Positions 1 through 16,696 of a stretch of 64,000 nt of DNA are shown here, in pieces (within the stretch, counting starts at the first letter, position 1; each line of letters opens with the position of its first letter). Made by a program: the position numbers and the translations under genes. The stretch is from NCBI GenBank assembly GCA_951406725.2, contig OX597832.1, positions 16,740,001-16,804,000 of the forward strand, in the 5' to 3' direction. Below the pieces are notes generated by a model. It was not told the origin of the DNA. It saw only the letters and a list, made by a program, of their open reading frames with translations, and did not search any database. Origin of the DNA: Octopus vulgaris (taxonomy: Eukaryota).

Positions 1-75
1 TCGATTTTGCATTTCGTCGTTTCGAGGTCTATAAACTAACAACCTGTTGAGTACTGGAGTCTATATAATCGACTG
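1..75 (+). mobile_element. Decayed fragment of SINE family C (Nin-domain-like)
   Basis: Resembles the 'gactttgcctttcatcctttcggggtcgataaa...ctggggtcgatataatcgact' core of the other family C copies in the window. Confidence 0.5.
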
Positions 76-397
76 GGAACCAATATTATACATGTCCTAT
101 GTATTTCTATACTTAGAGTGCTATACATTCTGAAATTTCTATGTTCCTCTCTCGTACGTAATTCAATGTAAATACAGTATTGAATATTCAAATATATGTT
201 CTGAAGACTTAGATATTTTGGTAAATAAGAAAGAAATGTAATTCAGCATTTTATCTCACTGATAATATATTCATCTCTCCCGCTTATATATGGAATGACA
301 AGAAAACAGTACTTATATTTAGATAATTTAAAATTTCTCTATATAGAAGATTCATTTTCCATTTCAGAATAGAAATCTATAGTATTATAAATCATAT

Positions 398-800
398 GGG
401 TACAGGCATGGCTGTGTGGTAAGAAGATTACTTCTCAACCCCATGGTTTCGGGTTAGTTCAACTGCGTGACACCTTGGGCACTATTGCCTTGGGGTAACT
501 AAAACCTTGTGAGTGTATTTGGTAGACGGAAGCCGAAAGAAGCCCATCATATATATATATACGGATATATATGTTTATATCTATGTGTGTGTGTTTGCCC
601 CCACCCCAACACCGCTTTACAATTGTTGTTGGTGTGTTTATGCCCCTCTAACTTAGTGGTTCGGCAGAAAAACCCGATAAATTAAGTACAAAGCTTGAAA
701 AAATAAATCTTGTGGTCAATTTATTTGACTAAAACTATTGAAAGGTGTACTCCAGCATGGCCGTAGTGAAATGACTGAAACATGTAAAAGAATAAAAGAA
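398..800 (+). mobile_element. tRNA-derived SINE family A, full length
   Basis: Head has A-box-like TGGCTGTGTGG and a degenerate B box. Internal (TA)/(TG) tract and 3' tail 'gactgaaacatgtaaaagaataaaag'. Homologous to copies at 17941, 34200, 35516, 49009 and 55981. Confidence 0.85.
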
Positions 801-1499
801 AACTAATATAGAACTAAACTTTGGAATGGAATGTATCTCACATTGTGCATATACTATCATAACCAGAAATTTATCAGTTGCATGAGCCAAACTGGAAGTA
901 TACACGTAGCCACTCTGCTTCTCTACATATACCAATTCAATGTCCACATCTCCTGTGATGAATTTTACCTTAACAGAAAATGATGGAAGACGACTGGGTA
1001 ATATAATCAGGGTTTCACAATGATTGAAACATATATAAAATAGGTGATCGTTGGTGAAAAGATCTATACGTATCTTTTTTTTCTTTTTAATGTAGTCGTT
1101 TATTCTACTTATATCAGTTGAAATACAATTCATAAGTTACAATAATTTTAAATAGAATTCATTAGTAATTTCAGTGAGTTTATGAAATGTTTAAATGAAA
1201 AGATAACGTAAGAAAAACAAATATCGAAAAGCCAAAGAAGACAGGATTCAACAAAAGCTTACAACTTTCGACAGGTTGTTATGTTTGGTTTGGGAAGATA
1301 CTTTGTAACTTAATTGTGTTTTGCAATCTATTAGGAGGATGACAACTTGTAGGAACCTTTGTCGTTTCCTGAGCCGTAATTGAATCGTTATTGTAAATAC
1401 CTAATAAGAATTCGATAGGGTATATTAAGGGCTTAGACTCAGTGTCTCGTGTTGTAAATTGGATTATAGATCGATTTGCGACGAGAACAGATGCGCTGT

Positions 1500-1686
1500 C
1501 ACTTGCCAGAATCTGCATGAAATAAGCGTAATAATTCCGTATCCTGAACACGTAAGATAGACTTACCTACAACGAATATTAAATTAGCAATATCGAATCC
1601 ACTTCTTCCAAGTGCGTCGGACTGGGCATAAAAAATGAAACAGTTGGTCAGCTAAACCCATGTACTGTTATTGAAAGAGGTTACAC
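1500..1686. repeat. ~187-bp duplicated segment, copy 1 (copy 2 at 3128-3314)
   Basis: Alignable by eye from 'cacttgcc' to 'gttacac', with scattered substitutions. Confidence 0.85.
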
Positions 1687-2626
1687 AGTACAAGTACATT
1701 CCGATACAGAGAGTGTACAATATATTTTTAAATGGAGCTTATTTTGTAATGCGTTCTGTTTTGGTTGCAAAACGACTGGCGGTTAAATACTTGCACCTTT
1801 CGTCAATTTTATTAACTGCGATGTATTTCTATTTTCTAACAACAAACATTAGTTCAATCACCTTTGCGTAGACATTCTTTAACAAAGTATCACTAAAATA
1901 TGGCAAATGGTATGACACGATCTTTTGGTCTTCTAAATAACGGCCCATAATTCCACATGCTATACATCCGAACTCACCAAATAAGTAAAAAATCATAATA
2001 AAAGATCTCATCTCTTTAGAAATTTGGAACTAGGTTTGATTTCTATTGATTCTTCGGGAAAATAATACGTAGTATTATATCAAAGATTTGAATTGAATTT
2101 ATTTATCTGTTATTTTATTCAGTTATTTTTAGGTTTGCAATAAATGTAAAGAATAGGAGAAAATTAGGTTCATTTTTGTTTTCTTCTCTCATCTACGTAA
2201 CCATGGTAATATCATAAGAAGGAAGTTGATGGCGATTCTGGAACAATAGAACTACTTCAGGTATGAAATATATTGTCATAACAATCCAGAAATATTCTTA
2301 TCGCAACCATTCAATTCCATTGAGAAGGAGACGGGTGCTCTACAGGAAATATATATTCAGCTACGCATAATCTTGAATTGAATCCAAGAAGAAGAATATG
2401 TGGTACTTCATATGGGATTCCTTGGAAAAGAGATTGTGTTAGCGCTAAGAAAATTAAAATACTAATAATCATAGATATGTACGTAATTATGCATGTGTGT
2501 TTGAATGCGTGGGTGCACGCAGATACACACACACATATACACATACACATATATGGGGAGTGAGTGAGTGTGTGAGTATGAATACATACATATATTCATA
2601 CGCGCAGACACACATGTATATGGATG

Positions 2627-3010
2627 GAAGCACTCCGTCGGTTACGACGACGAGGTTTCCGGTTGATCCGAATCAACGGAACAGCCTGCTCGTGAAATTA
2701 ACGTGTAAGTGGCTGAGCACTCCACAGACACGTGCACCCTTAACGTAGCTCTCGTGGATATTCAGCGTGACACAGAGAGTGACAAGGCCGGCCCTTTGAA
2801 ATACAGGTACAACAGAAACAGGAAGTAAGAGTGAGAGAAAGTTGTGATGAAAGAGTACAGCAGGGATCACCACCATCCCCTGCCAGAGCCTCGTGGAGCT
2901 TTAGGTGTTTTCGCCCAATAAACACTCACAACGCCCGGTCTGGGAATCGAAACCGCGATCCTATGACCGCGACTCCACTGCCCTAACCACTGGGCCATTG
3001 CGCCTCCACA
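2627..3010 (-). mobile_element. tRNA-derived SINE family B, full length
   Basis: Reverse complement starts TGTGGAGGCGCAATGGCCCAGTGG...GGTTTCGATTCC (A and B boxes). Nearly identical to 54827-55222. Confidence 0.9.
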
Positions 3011-3127
3011 TTTGTATATATGCGTGTAAGTGTATATGTGTATGCGTGAGAAAAAAAAAAAGAAGATTGTTGTGCTGTTCTTTCTGGTCTATTGGTCGCC
3101 AGTTCATATAACGCCCATATCAATATA

Positions 3128-3314
3128 CACTTGCCGGAATCTTCATGAAACGAGCGTAAGAATTCTGTATCCTGAACTCGTGAGATAAACTTACCTAGAA
3201 GGAATATCAAATTAGTAATGTCGAATCCACTTGTTCCAAGTGAGTCGGACTGGACATACAAAATGAAACAGTTGGACGACTAAACTCATGTCCTGTTATT
3301 GAAAGACGTTACAC
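3128..3314. repeat. ~187-bp duplicated segment, copy 2
   Basis: Homologous to 1500-1686. Confidence 0.85.
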
Positions 3315-3441
3315 TACACACATCTGGCAGCACCTTAGTAGTAAATAACTGGTACTAAGCACTCTGACTTTCTACTCACCTGTCTCTGAATGAGTTATTT
3401 ACTACATAAACTGGAATACATACAGCCTACAGGTTAGTATC

Positions 3442-3478
3442 TTATTTCTTTGTTGCCCACAACGGGCTAAACATAGAG
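3442..3478 (-). mobile_element. 5'-truncated 3' tip of SINE family C with target-site duplication (TSD)
   Basis: 'ttatttctttgttgcccacaacgggctaaacatagag' matches the family C tail. Flanked by acaggttagtatc (3429-3441) and acagattagtatc (3479-3491). Confidence 0.75.
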
Positions 3479-3718
3479 ACAGATTAGTATCAATAGTGAT
3501 TTAAAAGCCAGTGTGTGAAAAAGGTACAGAGGTCTGCAAACGAGATATAATTTGGGACACAAAATTTCTAATACCAGTCTCCCTTGAAGCAGCATTTACA
3601 CCCCTCTACACGATCGGAAATTCATGACTGAACAACAGTGTTTCCGAGTGTTTCCAAGTGTTTCCGAAGACAAATGAAGAACAATTTGTACCTTAAATAT
3701 CTTAAGTATGGGAATTAT

Positions 3719-4646
3719 CGTTTCTATTTTATCGTTACTTAATATTAATTTTTACATGCAATCAATAAGTTATTGTTATTTTCCATATTCTATTGTAGGT
3801 TGGAAAATATACGTCCTGTATCAATTACAAATTGTATAAAATGTGTTACCATTACAGCTGTTAACTTGAGTCTTGTCACTGCTGGAACGGATTATATTAT
3901 ACGGAGAGTAAGCTCGGCTATCTTTATAAACAGAAACAGAAAAACAATCGTTCACATATTATTAAACCTGCAGTCAAATTTCCGTATGTTCTCTCTGCAA
4001 CGGAAGCTGCACATCAAGGATTGAGACGTACAATCATCAGAAGAATTTGCATTTGAGCAAGTAATACTGTACACAGTCATGTTAACCCATCGGAATATGT
4101 CAGCAAAATTATCTTTGCGTGACATAATCCAGTGATTATTCAAATCAGAAACATGGTATTTATCATTCTCTTGTATAGACAAAAGTATATCTTCATAGCT
4201 TCTGTTTTGAAATATTGAATTTATGCAACATCGCTTTATCGTTGAATAAACCGAAGATATTGTAGCGCTTTGCTTCAAGTGTATTTTTGCTTTGACAGAA
4301 ATATATAATCATATATTGATAAATAACACTGTGTGTGTTATAGAGGTTGCGATAATTTATATGATATTCCAAAACAATTTTGGAATATTATTTGATAATC
4401 TATACTGGATATTATTCAACATATATCATCACGCCCTCTGTACAATTATATATGAATATGAATTCAGTATATATGCATGAGATGAAATTGCCGATAAAAA
4501 ACTAAAAAAAGTTCATCATCGATAAATATACGTTTCTATTTTATCGTTACTGAATTTAAATTTTTACATACAATCAATAAGTTATTGTTATTTTCTATAT
4601 TCTATTGTGGGTTAGAAAATATACGTCCTGCATTAATTACGAATTT
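3719..4646. repeat. ~115-bp direct repeat pair (3719-3834 and 4531-4646)
   Basis: 'cgtttctattttatcgttact...gaaaatatacgtcctg..aattac.aatt' occurs twice, about 812 bp apart. Confidence 0.85.
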
Positions 4647-5277
4647 TATAGGATTTATACGATATATTCAATTAAATGTAAATTTGGCTGTTGAATCTGA
4701 TGTAGATTTCTCTGTGTCTGTGTGAAGGACAACGTATTCAATTTGTACCTTTTGTGATATCATTTTCTCTCAAGGAATGATAAATTATTTTCATAGTATG
4801 TCAAAACAGATATGATTATATAGGTTATAACAACAATCTCTATGTACTATTGGTAATCGCATATACGAAATTCTTTAGGCCGATTGTTTTTTCAGATTTC
4901 GGAGTATTTTTTACATTTACATCTTTTAAATGGAAGATCTTGAGGCTGGATCCATTCTATTGATTCTTTATATGGACTCGATCTAAACGAATGGCCCCCT
5001 CCTCCAAAATTTCGGCCTTTATAACTAGAGTACAAAAAAAATGTGCTGTATTGGGTAACGTTCCCTGACTTTTGCAGAATATTCTTTTAATGACGCGTTA
5101 AATAAAGAGTAAAATAAGAAAAACAAAATCTTACGGACTGTGGAGATTTGGATAGAAGTTCCGAATTGTAAATTTAAACAATGGAATTACCTTTGCGATT
5201 TAGAAATCAGTGCTATTTTCTGAAAGTAAGAATTGTGTTTCCGACCAAATTAACATAATATAGTAATATCACGTTAC

Positions 5278-8773
<3,496 letters not shown>

Positions 8774-9258
8774 CCCACACATATGTATGTATATGTGTGT
8801 GTATACAAATATATATGCCTGCTTACATTTATGCATCCCTGTCTAACGACACAAAATAGAAAGTGAGAGAAGGGAGAATGTGCGAATGAGGAACTAACTG
8901 TGTAAAGGAAAGTATCTCTCTAATATCACTCGAGAGACAAGAAGAGGAAAAATCTGATGCACAATATAATGAATGGATTCAGAAATATATATATGTGTGT
9001 GTGTATGTATGTGTGTATATATATATATGTATGTCAGTTGGTTTAGTCTTTTGTGCATGCGTGATTTGGAAACCTACACACCAAGGATTCACTCGTATAC
9101 ACTTGCGCAGAAAAGCACTCAATTTGACAAATGCGGAACGTTGTGAATAATAGCGCACCCAACATGTTCATCACCGCGTTTGTAAAAGCCAATCTATCTA
9201 TCTGTTCGTCTAATTATGCACCTAATTTTCTATATGTATGTGTATGAGTTTATAGTAT

Positions 9259-9296
<38 letters not shown>

Positions 9297-9335
9297 TCAA
9301 TATGCCTCGTGAAAAATATCTGTTCCGGCTTGGCT

Positions 9336-9475
9336 ATTTCTTACTGATGATTCTAAGGGCCTATGGTAGATTGGCTTGATTTAATTTTTAGTTTTCCATT
9401 AAACAGGTTAGTTTTCCATTAAACAGGTTAGTTTTCCATTAAACAGAAGATGAAACGGTGCATCGTCTAAGAAAT
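9336..9475 (+). ncRNA. Type I hammerhead ribozyme motif with long stem II
   Basis: Stem I ATTTCTTA/TAAGAAAT (8 bp), CTGATGA at 9344-9350, GAAAC at 9452-9456, near-palindromic stem III ACGGTGCATCGT, GTC at 9465-9467. Stem II base TTCT/AGAA is offset by 3 nt. Confidence 0.7.
9389..9446. repeat. 20-bp tandem repeat (tagttttccattaaacaggt), about 3 copies
   Basis: Seen directly, inside the HHR stem II region. Confidence 0.9.
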
Positions 9476-9595
9476 TACAGGGTAAATGTTTTTCAATTTT
9501 CTCCTGGTTTACGGAATTAACGTTATTTTGCGGTTAAAGCTTTTGGCTGTTATTTCTAGTGGGTGAATGGCCTATTATGGCCGTTCCTTGATTGT

Positions 9596-9665
<70 letters not shown>

Positions 9666-10203
9666 ACAGTTAAATAGATAGAGAAATAGATAGATGTGCG
9701 TATGTACTTGTGTGCATTTGTGTCTTTTAGAGTAAGGGCATTAAATGGATAGCAGGCAAACAACTGGTACGTATTGGGCCTGTTTCAAATTCATACAAAA
9801 CATAAGGAGAACCGAATGTTTTAAAGAGTTTAAATCGCAAGAGACCAATAAAAGTTCCCGGAACCTTTATAATAAAAGTCAGTTGAATCGAGGGTACGTT
9901 AGCTTGAGAGACGTTAGCGCAGCTAAAGCCTAAAACTGTCAGAGGAAATAGAATGTACAGACTATGTATATTCTTCTCAAAAATTCCACGTTGTGATATG
10001 GTTCTTTTTCCTGAATGCATGTGTTAACTTGCCCAACGTTGTATTTTTCTTACCTCTTTCTAGCTTCCATTAGTTCAAGGTTTAGGCAAAGTCACAGGCC
10101 CTCTCCATTAAAGTGACTACTCTCAACTATTCTGTCCATCAGTATTAGGTATAATACTTATATGTGCCTAAATATTTAACATCGAGTGTTAGAATGTTCT
10201 CCT

Positions 10204-10590
10204 GGCATTCCGTCGGTTACGACGAAGTGTGTTCCAGTTGATCCGATCAACGGAACAGCCTGCTCATAAAATTAACGTGCAAGTGACTAAGAAATCCACA
10301 CACACGTGTACCCTTAACGTAGTTCTCGGGGTGGGGAGGATTCAGCGTGACACATATTGTGACAACGCTGCCCCTTTGAAATGCAAGTACAACAAAAACA
10401 GGAAGAAAGAGGGAGATAAACTTGTGGTGACAGAAAACAGCAGAGTTCGCCATCATCCCCTGCCGAAGCGTCATGGAACCTTAGGTGTTTTCGCTCAATA
10501 AAACACTCACAAAACCCCGTCTGGTAATAGAAACCGCGATCCTATGACCACAACTCCCCTGTCCTAACCACTGTGCCATTGCGCTTCCAC
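10204..10590 (-). mobile_element. SINE family B, diverged copy
   Basis: Colinear with 2627-3010. Confidence 0.85.
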
Positions 10591-10647
10591 GTTGCGATGT
10601 TACGTGTAGCATATATCCAGTAATAATCAATCATAACAATATTCAAG

Positions 10648-10695
<48 letters not shown>

Positions 10696-10721
10696 AACAA
10701 AAACAACAGCAATAATAATAA

Positions 10722-11277
10722 TTGCCCTGATGCAGTACCAGGCAGTGGCTCTCATGGCTTCTGATCTTAACTGATTGGAAGTGTTATCATGTACATTGTT
10801 TTGTCTTGGTATAAAAGATGGGCTACAGCAAATATTCTGCTCAATACCACAGATTTGCTTGTCAGTTGTTTGACCTTAACCAGTTGAGCATGTCCCTTAG
10901 TGGCTGACGATATGTGCATCTCTGATCACGAGCAGAAGTAGTGGGGGAGCATGATAGCCATGTGTTGAGAGGGATTCTTTGGGGTTTGAATAGTTCACCT
11001 CTGGAAACATGGGTGGTTCTATCAACGTCCTTAAACAATCCTTATTCAGGGACCGTTTGAGCGGGATGGGCTACTCAACCTGAAGAAAATTCTAACTGGG
11101 CCCCACCTGCAAGGTCATGTGCTGTTTATCTTGATATGAGATCACCATGTCGCGCACATATGGTTGTGATGCATGTGCCTGGTGCACCTTTATCAGACGG
11201 GTAGTCATGATGGGTATATTGGGCTTCGTATATTTTACCCCAGTGTCACTTTGATGGCATGAACTGCTCTCTCACTC
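10722..11277 (+). mobile_element. Non-coding retroelement 3' region inserted in (AAT)n
   Basis: Flanked by (AAT)n on both sides. Its 3' tip 'ctttgatggcat..actgctctctcactc' recurs in (AAT)n at 40141-40169. Confidence 0.6.
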
Positions 11278-11284
11278 AATGATG

Positions 11285-11460
<176 letters not shown>

Positions 11461-11492
11461 AAGAAGAAGAAGAAGAAGAAGAAGAAGAAAAA

Positions 11493-11964
11493 GAAAACGA
11501 GAAAGCTACCATATTCTGGCATATGCCAATACACAAAGATCGAGAAATTAAGGCCAACAGACCAGATATAGTTGTCAGAGATCATGAAGAAAATGCTTTC
11601 TAATTGATGTATCAATACCGGCAGATGACAACGTGTCTCTAAAAGAAATAGAGAAACTGTCAAAATACAAAGACCTGGAAATAGAGGTAACCAGAATGTG
11701 GAATCCAAAAAAGAAACAATTCCTATCATAATAGGTGCATTAGGCATGATAAAAAAATATTCAGACAAATACATAACAAAAACACCAGGACTTACAAACA
11801 CATATAACATACAGAAAATTGCACTACTAGGCACTGCACACATCCTACGCAGAACACTTTCCATACAATAACCATCAGAGCATCACAACAAATCACAGCA
11901 CATACCCAAGTCACACAGAGCTGCGCTCGGTAGTGAATTGAAAGCACGATATAAAAATATACTA

Positions 11965-11968
<4 letters not shown>
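11493..11968 (+). mobile_element. 3' end of an R4/Dong-like non-LTR retrotransposon (restriction-like endonuclease domain, frameshifted)
   Basis: Across two frameshifts it reads ATIFWHMPIHKDREIKANRPDIVV..FLIDVSIP.DDNVSLKEIEKLSKYKDL..IPIIIGALG..IQKIALLGTAHILRRTLSIQ* (RPD, D and KxxKY motifs, stop at ~11870). A short 3' UTR and (AAT)n follow. Confidence 0.85.
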
Positions 11969-12006
<38 letters not shown>

Positions 12007-12028
12007 TAGAAGAAGAAGAAAAAAGGGA

Positions 12029-12237
12029 CTACAAACAGAGGGGACAAACAAGGACAGACAAACATATTAAGTGGATTATATCGAAACCATTGCGGAACTG
12101 CTACTTATTGAATCAACCCTGAAAGGATGAATGGCAAAGTCGACCTCGGCGGAATTTGAACTCAGAACGTAGCAGCAGACGAAATCCCGCTAAGCACTTC
12201 GCCTGGCATGCTAACATTTCTGCTAGCTAGCTCACCA
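12029..12237 (-). mobile_element. SINE family C (tRNA head plus Nin-domain-like core)
   Basis: Contains 'gaaaggatgaatggcaaagtcgacctcggcggaatttgaactcagaacg', whose reverse complement gives B box GAGTTCAAATTCC and the core. Homologous to 22425-23025. Confidence 0.8.
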
Positions 12238-12289
12238 CTGTAAGAGATTTCTGTGAACACCACGAATAAATGCACTCTCCATTTACTTC

Positions 12290-13410
12290 TCTTCGACTCA
12301 CAGGTCTACACATACGGTGGTACAGCCACTCTTGCCATTTTCGCAACTCTCACCCACGTCTCAGTAAACTCACTGAAGGACAACACTTCCCTCTCCGTCC
12401 CTAATTTCCTCTTCGAGTGAAACTTGAAGTCAATGAAAGCTCTACCAAAGAGGAATGTAGCTGCCCTCATGCCTTTTTGCTTTGTTTACCAAGCAACCTC
12501 TATTTCCACAGCCATTAGACAAAGGAAAACTGCCTAGTCTGCCTGATTGAAGGAGTACAGTGGCCGAATAATCACTACAGACTCGACCGACATACGGGTC
12601 CGTCCCACTCGTGAGAGTAGCTGTTCGACATAAACCCACAAGTCAGCAATGCCCGGGCACAAGACGAGTGCGTGCAGCACGGTTTCGTCACGCTGTGCGC
12701 ACCTCGGAGGAGTTCATCTGCTAGCACTTCGAGCCTGTAATGTTTATCTCGAACCAGTAGCCCCACCCCACCCCGTAGCGCTGCCAGTCCAAGCACATCT
12801 CGAAATTATCCATGATATTTTCCGACCGGAAAGTCCTCCGGAACAGACAAGCCAGTTCGTATTGGTCGATGCTCAGAGTTTCCCCGGGAACTAGTCCTCT
12901 ATAAATTTCTGGAGCGGAAAATCCACTGATTCCATTGCCAGATTGGTAGAGGGCTGGGGGCACCTGATGATATTCTGGATATCAGGCGTCTAGTCTCAGT
13001 CATTTCTTCATCCAGGACTGCAGCTCCGTCACTGAGACGAGCTCCAGAAAAATGAGCCTCACATCCCTGAGGTGACGTAACCTAAGAGTGTATCTTCCAT
13101 CAGGAGCCACGGCATACCTAATTTCTGATTCATAGGATACTGGTATTTGAAAACTGGAATGCATGTCTTCCGCAAGAATTTAAACAAGTGACACTCCAAC
13201 CTGGTCAACGGTAATCATGACAAGGCACGAATGTCAGGTGATAAATGATAACAGAGCCGATGTAGGCATTCGCCACCTCTGCCCGACCTTTCAGGGTCAG
13301 GCCGCTAAAAGTTTGTTCACCGTCATCAGCTACAACATCAACACGGTGGGGGTGGATACCGTAGGGATTATTCAGGATTTCATTCGTGTCCGTAACATTT
13401 ATAAAATATG
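12290..13410 (-). mobile_element. Decayed L1/Tx1-clade LINE ORF2 C-terminus
   Basis: GC-richer block. The minus strand gives RDETVLHALVLCP (zinc-knuckle-like), LLVRDKHYR and KLGMPWLL in shifting frames. Confidence 0.6.
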
Positions 13411-13684
13411 ATAGGAATAATATATGATAATAATAATATAGGCAGTCAGAGCATCCAGTAGGAGTTACATTATTATTTTAACCATTTGATTCGACTTCGT
13501 ATGACGTAAAATTTCGCATGATTCTAACAGAAAACTGGCCCGTTCAGGTTCATATTACTGAAACATTTTGCCCTCTGTTCCTAGTCTTCTGTATTTGTTG
13601 TACTCTATGTAAATCTGTACTGTAACTATATAAATAACGTTGTGCTAATACTCGAACATTCTGTATACTTTTAGCTTTTGTTTT

Positions 13685-13769
<85 letters not shown>

Positions 13770-13874
13770 CAATCTAAATAAACACAAGCGAGTTTATTTG
13801 TTTATTATCTGTCTATCACTCCCCATTTCTCTCCCTCTCTACCTCCATACATGTCATTCTATCTTTCTCTGTAG

Positions 13875-13929
<55 letters not shown>

Positions 13930-16245
13930 ATATATGAGTGTGTGTGTTAGTGTATACAAATACATGTATATATATACATGCATATATAAATATACGTATT
14001 TATATAAATATATATATATATGTGTATGTATGTATTTATGTATGTATGTATGCATATATATATGTATGTATATATGTATAAATTATGTGCCAAGTTACTA
14101 TAGTATACGATATATTATGTCATTTTCAAAACTACTTTCATTCCTTACTTTATGTTATATTAAACCATATCTTGTTCGCTATTCATTCTTCATTTTTTCC
14201 ATCCTTTTTAATGTACAATACCCCACTTTTTTTCTTTTTTTTTCAGGCATTTTGCAACGTTTCCCAAGCCACACTTTTCAGAGCTGATATATGACATAGT
14301 ATTTCTAATACAGATATATTTTGTATAGCACAGAAATATCCACTTAAGATATTACCGTATAACTTTTGTTTTTGCTATATTTAAAATTATTTATTTTTAC
14401 CTACCGCTTTTAATATCTGATGAAGGAAAATTTTCTCTTGATATTATTGATTTTTATTACTTCAATGCATCTACAGTATACAAAATGGATGCTGAAATAT
14501 TTTGAATATCCTGATGTTTCTTCAGCATGTGTTAATATTATATTTCCCCTACTTTAATAATGTTATTAGAACTCCATGGATACGCGTGACTAATATGTTA
14601 GGAAATTAGATAAATTTACTTTAAGTTGAAAATAATTTCTAAATAACCGAAAACGATGCAGCATACCGGGAAGGTTCAAAAGTGTCCCAGAGCCATTGAT
14701 TCTCCGACAGCTATTCTAATGCAAATCCCTTTTAATGTTATCAAATAAAATATTTCAAAATTATTCATAACTCACGTCATATTTCTTTTGGCTTCATTTT
14801 ATATATTCTATCGTTTGTGTTTAACATTTCTGACTTTCTCTTTGGGCCTCCCTTTCTATCTTCGTTTTCTTTTGTTATGTTTTTGCGTTTCTGTTTCCCT
14901 CCTTCTCCGGATGCATAGTGCCAAAGGTCCCAACAATTCCATCACGCGTCAGGACAAGTTACTGAAACAGCCTGGGTTACAATGGCCCACAGCTTTTTAA
15001 TATTTTCCCAAAGAGTCTGAGGAACTTGCACAAAGTAGATGTAGGGATTTTTTAAATCAAAACTGGACCTCTTCCTGTTGAGAGTCCCAGATGAACCTAC
15101 CACACGGCAAGAGGTGCAAATGGGGGTAGCTATATCAAACTACATGCTTCAGCAAGTACCACATATTAGCGGAGGCTCTTAGTAAAAACGAGTAGCAAAA
15201 CGGCGGTGCATCAGCATGGCCACTTCTCTGAGCTGAAACTAAAGAAAAAAATCATTTTTAGATCCTGTCTCAAGTAGTGTCCATTCGTTTCATTTATTCC
15301 ATTCTTCTGAAGGTATTTTGAATTATATATTCCGTAGTAATTACATGTTTGATATGGAATTTCTACGTAAACTTGATCCAATAAAGAACATTTCATCGCG
15401 CCATCTCACTAGATTTGGACAATATTCTTCAATGAGAAAATTGCCTTTTTTATTTTCTTTAATTCTAATTTCTTTACTAGTATTTCGACCAACTTGCTAC
15501 CTCGAAGTATAATAGTCTTCCAACTATTTCGAATTCAGATTCGTAAATCAATTTACATTTGCTTTAAAATATCTCATAGAATAAACAAAGAAGACATTAA
15601 ATGTTCAGGCAAATGTTTTAATTTACACAAATCTTTTAAGTGAAATGTCTAGTGTTAACAGAATCCCCAACATGTTTCCACTTCGACAATCATTAGATTC
15701 GCCTCACCGGTCTCTACTACATAACTCAAATATTTGAACGTTACCAAATTATATTTGCTATCGACTCCAATTTCTTCCGATCCAAGGTTTTAGTTTCCCA
15801 TGGTTGAATCAACATCAAGTTTGACCATGAGTATTTTAAATACTTAACCAACGGAATAGTTTTTTTCTTTGTATCAATTTGTACTAGTCTGAGTATCCTA
15901 CAATAAATTGTACATTAACAGTTTAGAATCTTATTACTCGGAAAGCCCGTAATTAATTTTTTCAATGACATATTAAGCTTTTGAGTAGTAGACACGTCTA
16001 TTCCACAAACATCTAAACGGTTCCCACCTGTGTCAACTCAGGTTCAGTAAAACACATTTACCAAAGATCCTATGTATTGGGATTACACGTTGAATCTCTT
16101 AGCTCCGTTAACAGTTTCAAATTTCTGAAGAGATTAAACGTTGCACTACGTGTTGTGCTACAATCATATTTAATCCCGCCATGATTTCTTATCATGTGTA
16201 TTCATTTAAACAACACACGCAGCACAGAATCAGGATATATATATA

Positions 16246-16285
<40 letters not shown>

Positions 16286-16287
16286 CT

Positions 16288-16660
16288 ATAATAAATCTCT
16301 GAACGAGGTATAGACAGTAACTGCACGATAATGTGAAGTATATTTGCAATCTCAATAGGGCTAACCACTAAAGGGTGGATGTTACTGTAGCTTGTAGCCC
16401 CAGGAGAACATCTTCTCCAGCTGGCTATTGACACACTTTCTGTGACCAATCGGTATTTACAAAGGGAGGTTATCCTTCCCTCGTCAACGCACGGACTGCG
16501 GTTTCTGAGCATTGATCCGTTATAAGCGAACGACAATCACCGGTTTTCGATGGAAGGGCCGCAATGCAAGTATTTATATCCTTTTTCCAGTGATTTTTCG
16601 TCACAGATCTTGAAAAGGTGTATATAAGCAATAATAAATCTCTGAACGAGGTATAGACAG

Positions 16661-16662
<2 letters not shown>
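16288..16662. repeat. 343-bp unit bounded by a perfect 32-bp direct repeat, embedded in (TA)n
   Basis: ataataaatctctgaacgaggtatagacagta at 16288-16319 and 16631-16662. Confidence 0.85.

Positions 16663-16682
<20 letters not shown>

Positions 16683-16696
<14 letters not shown>

Noticed and set aside
735-1133. 132-aa minus-strand ORF
   Set aside because: It ends inside a SINE, has no recognisable domain, and shows no convincing splice structure.
14418-14665. CTGATGAAGG ... CCGAAAACGATGCAGCATA as a long-stem-II hammerhead
   Set aside because: No stem I pairing and a broken stem III.
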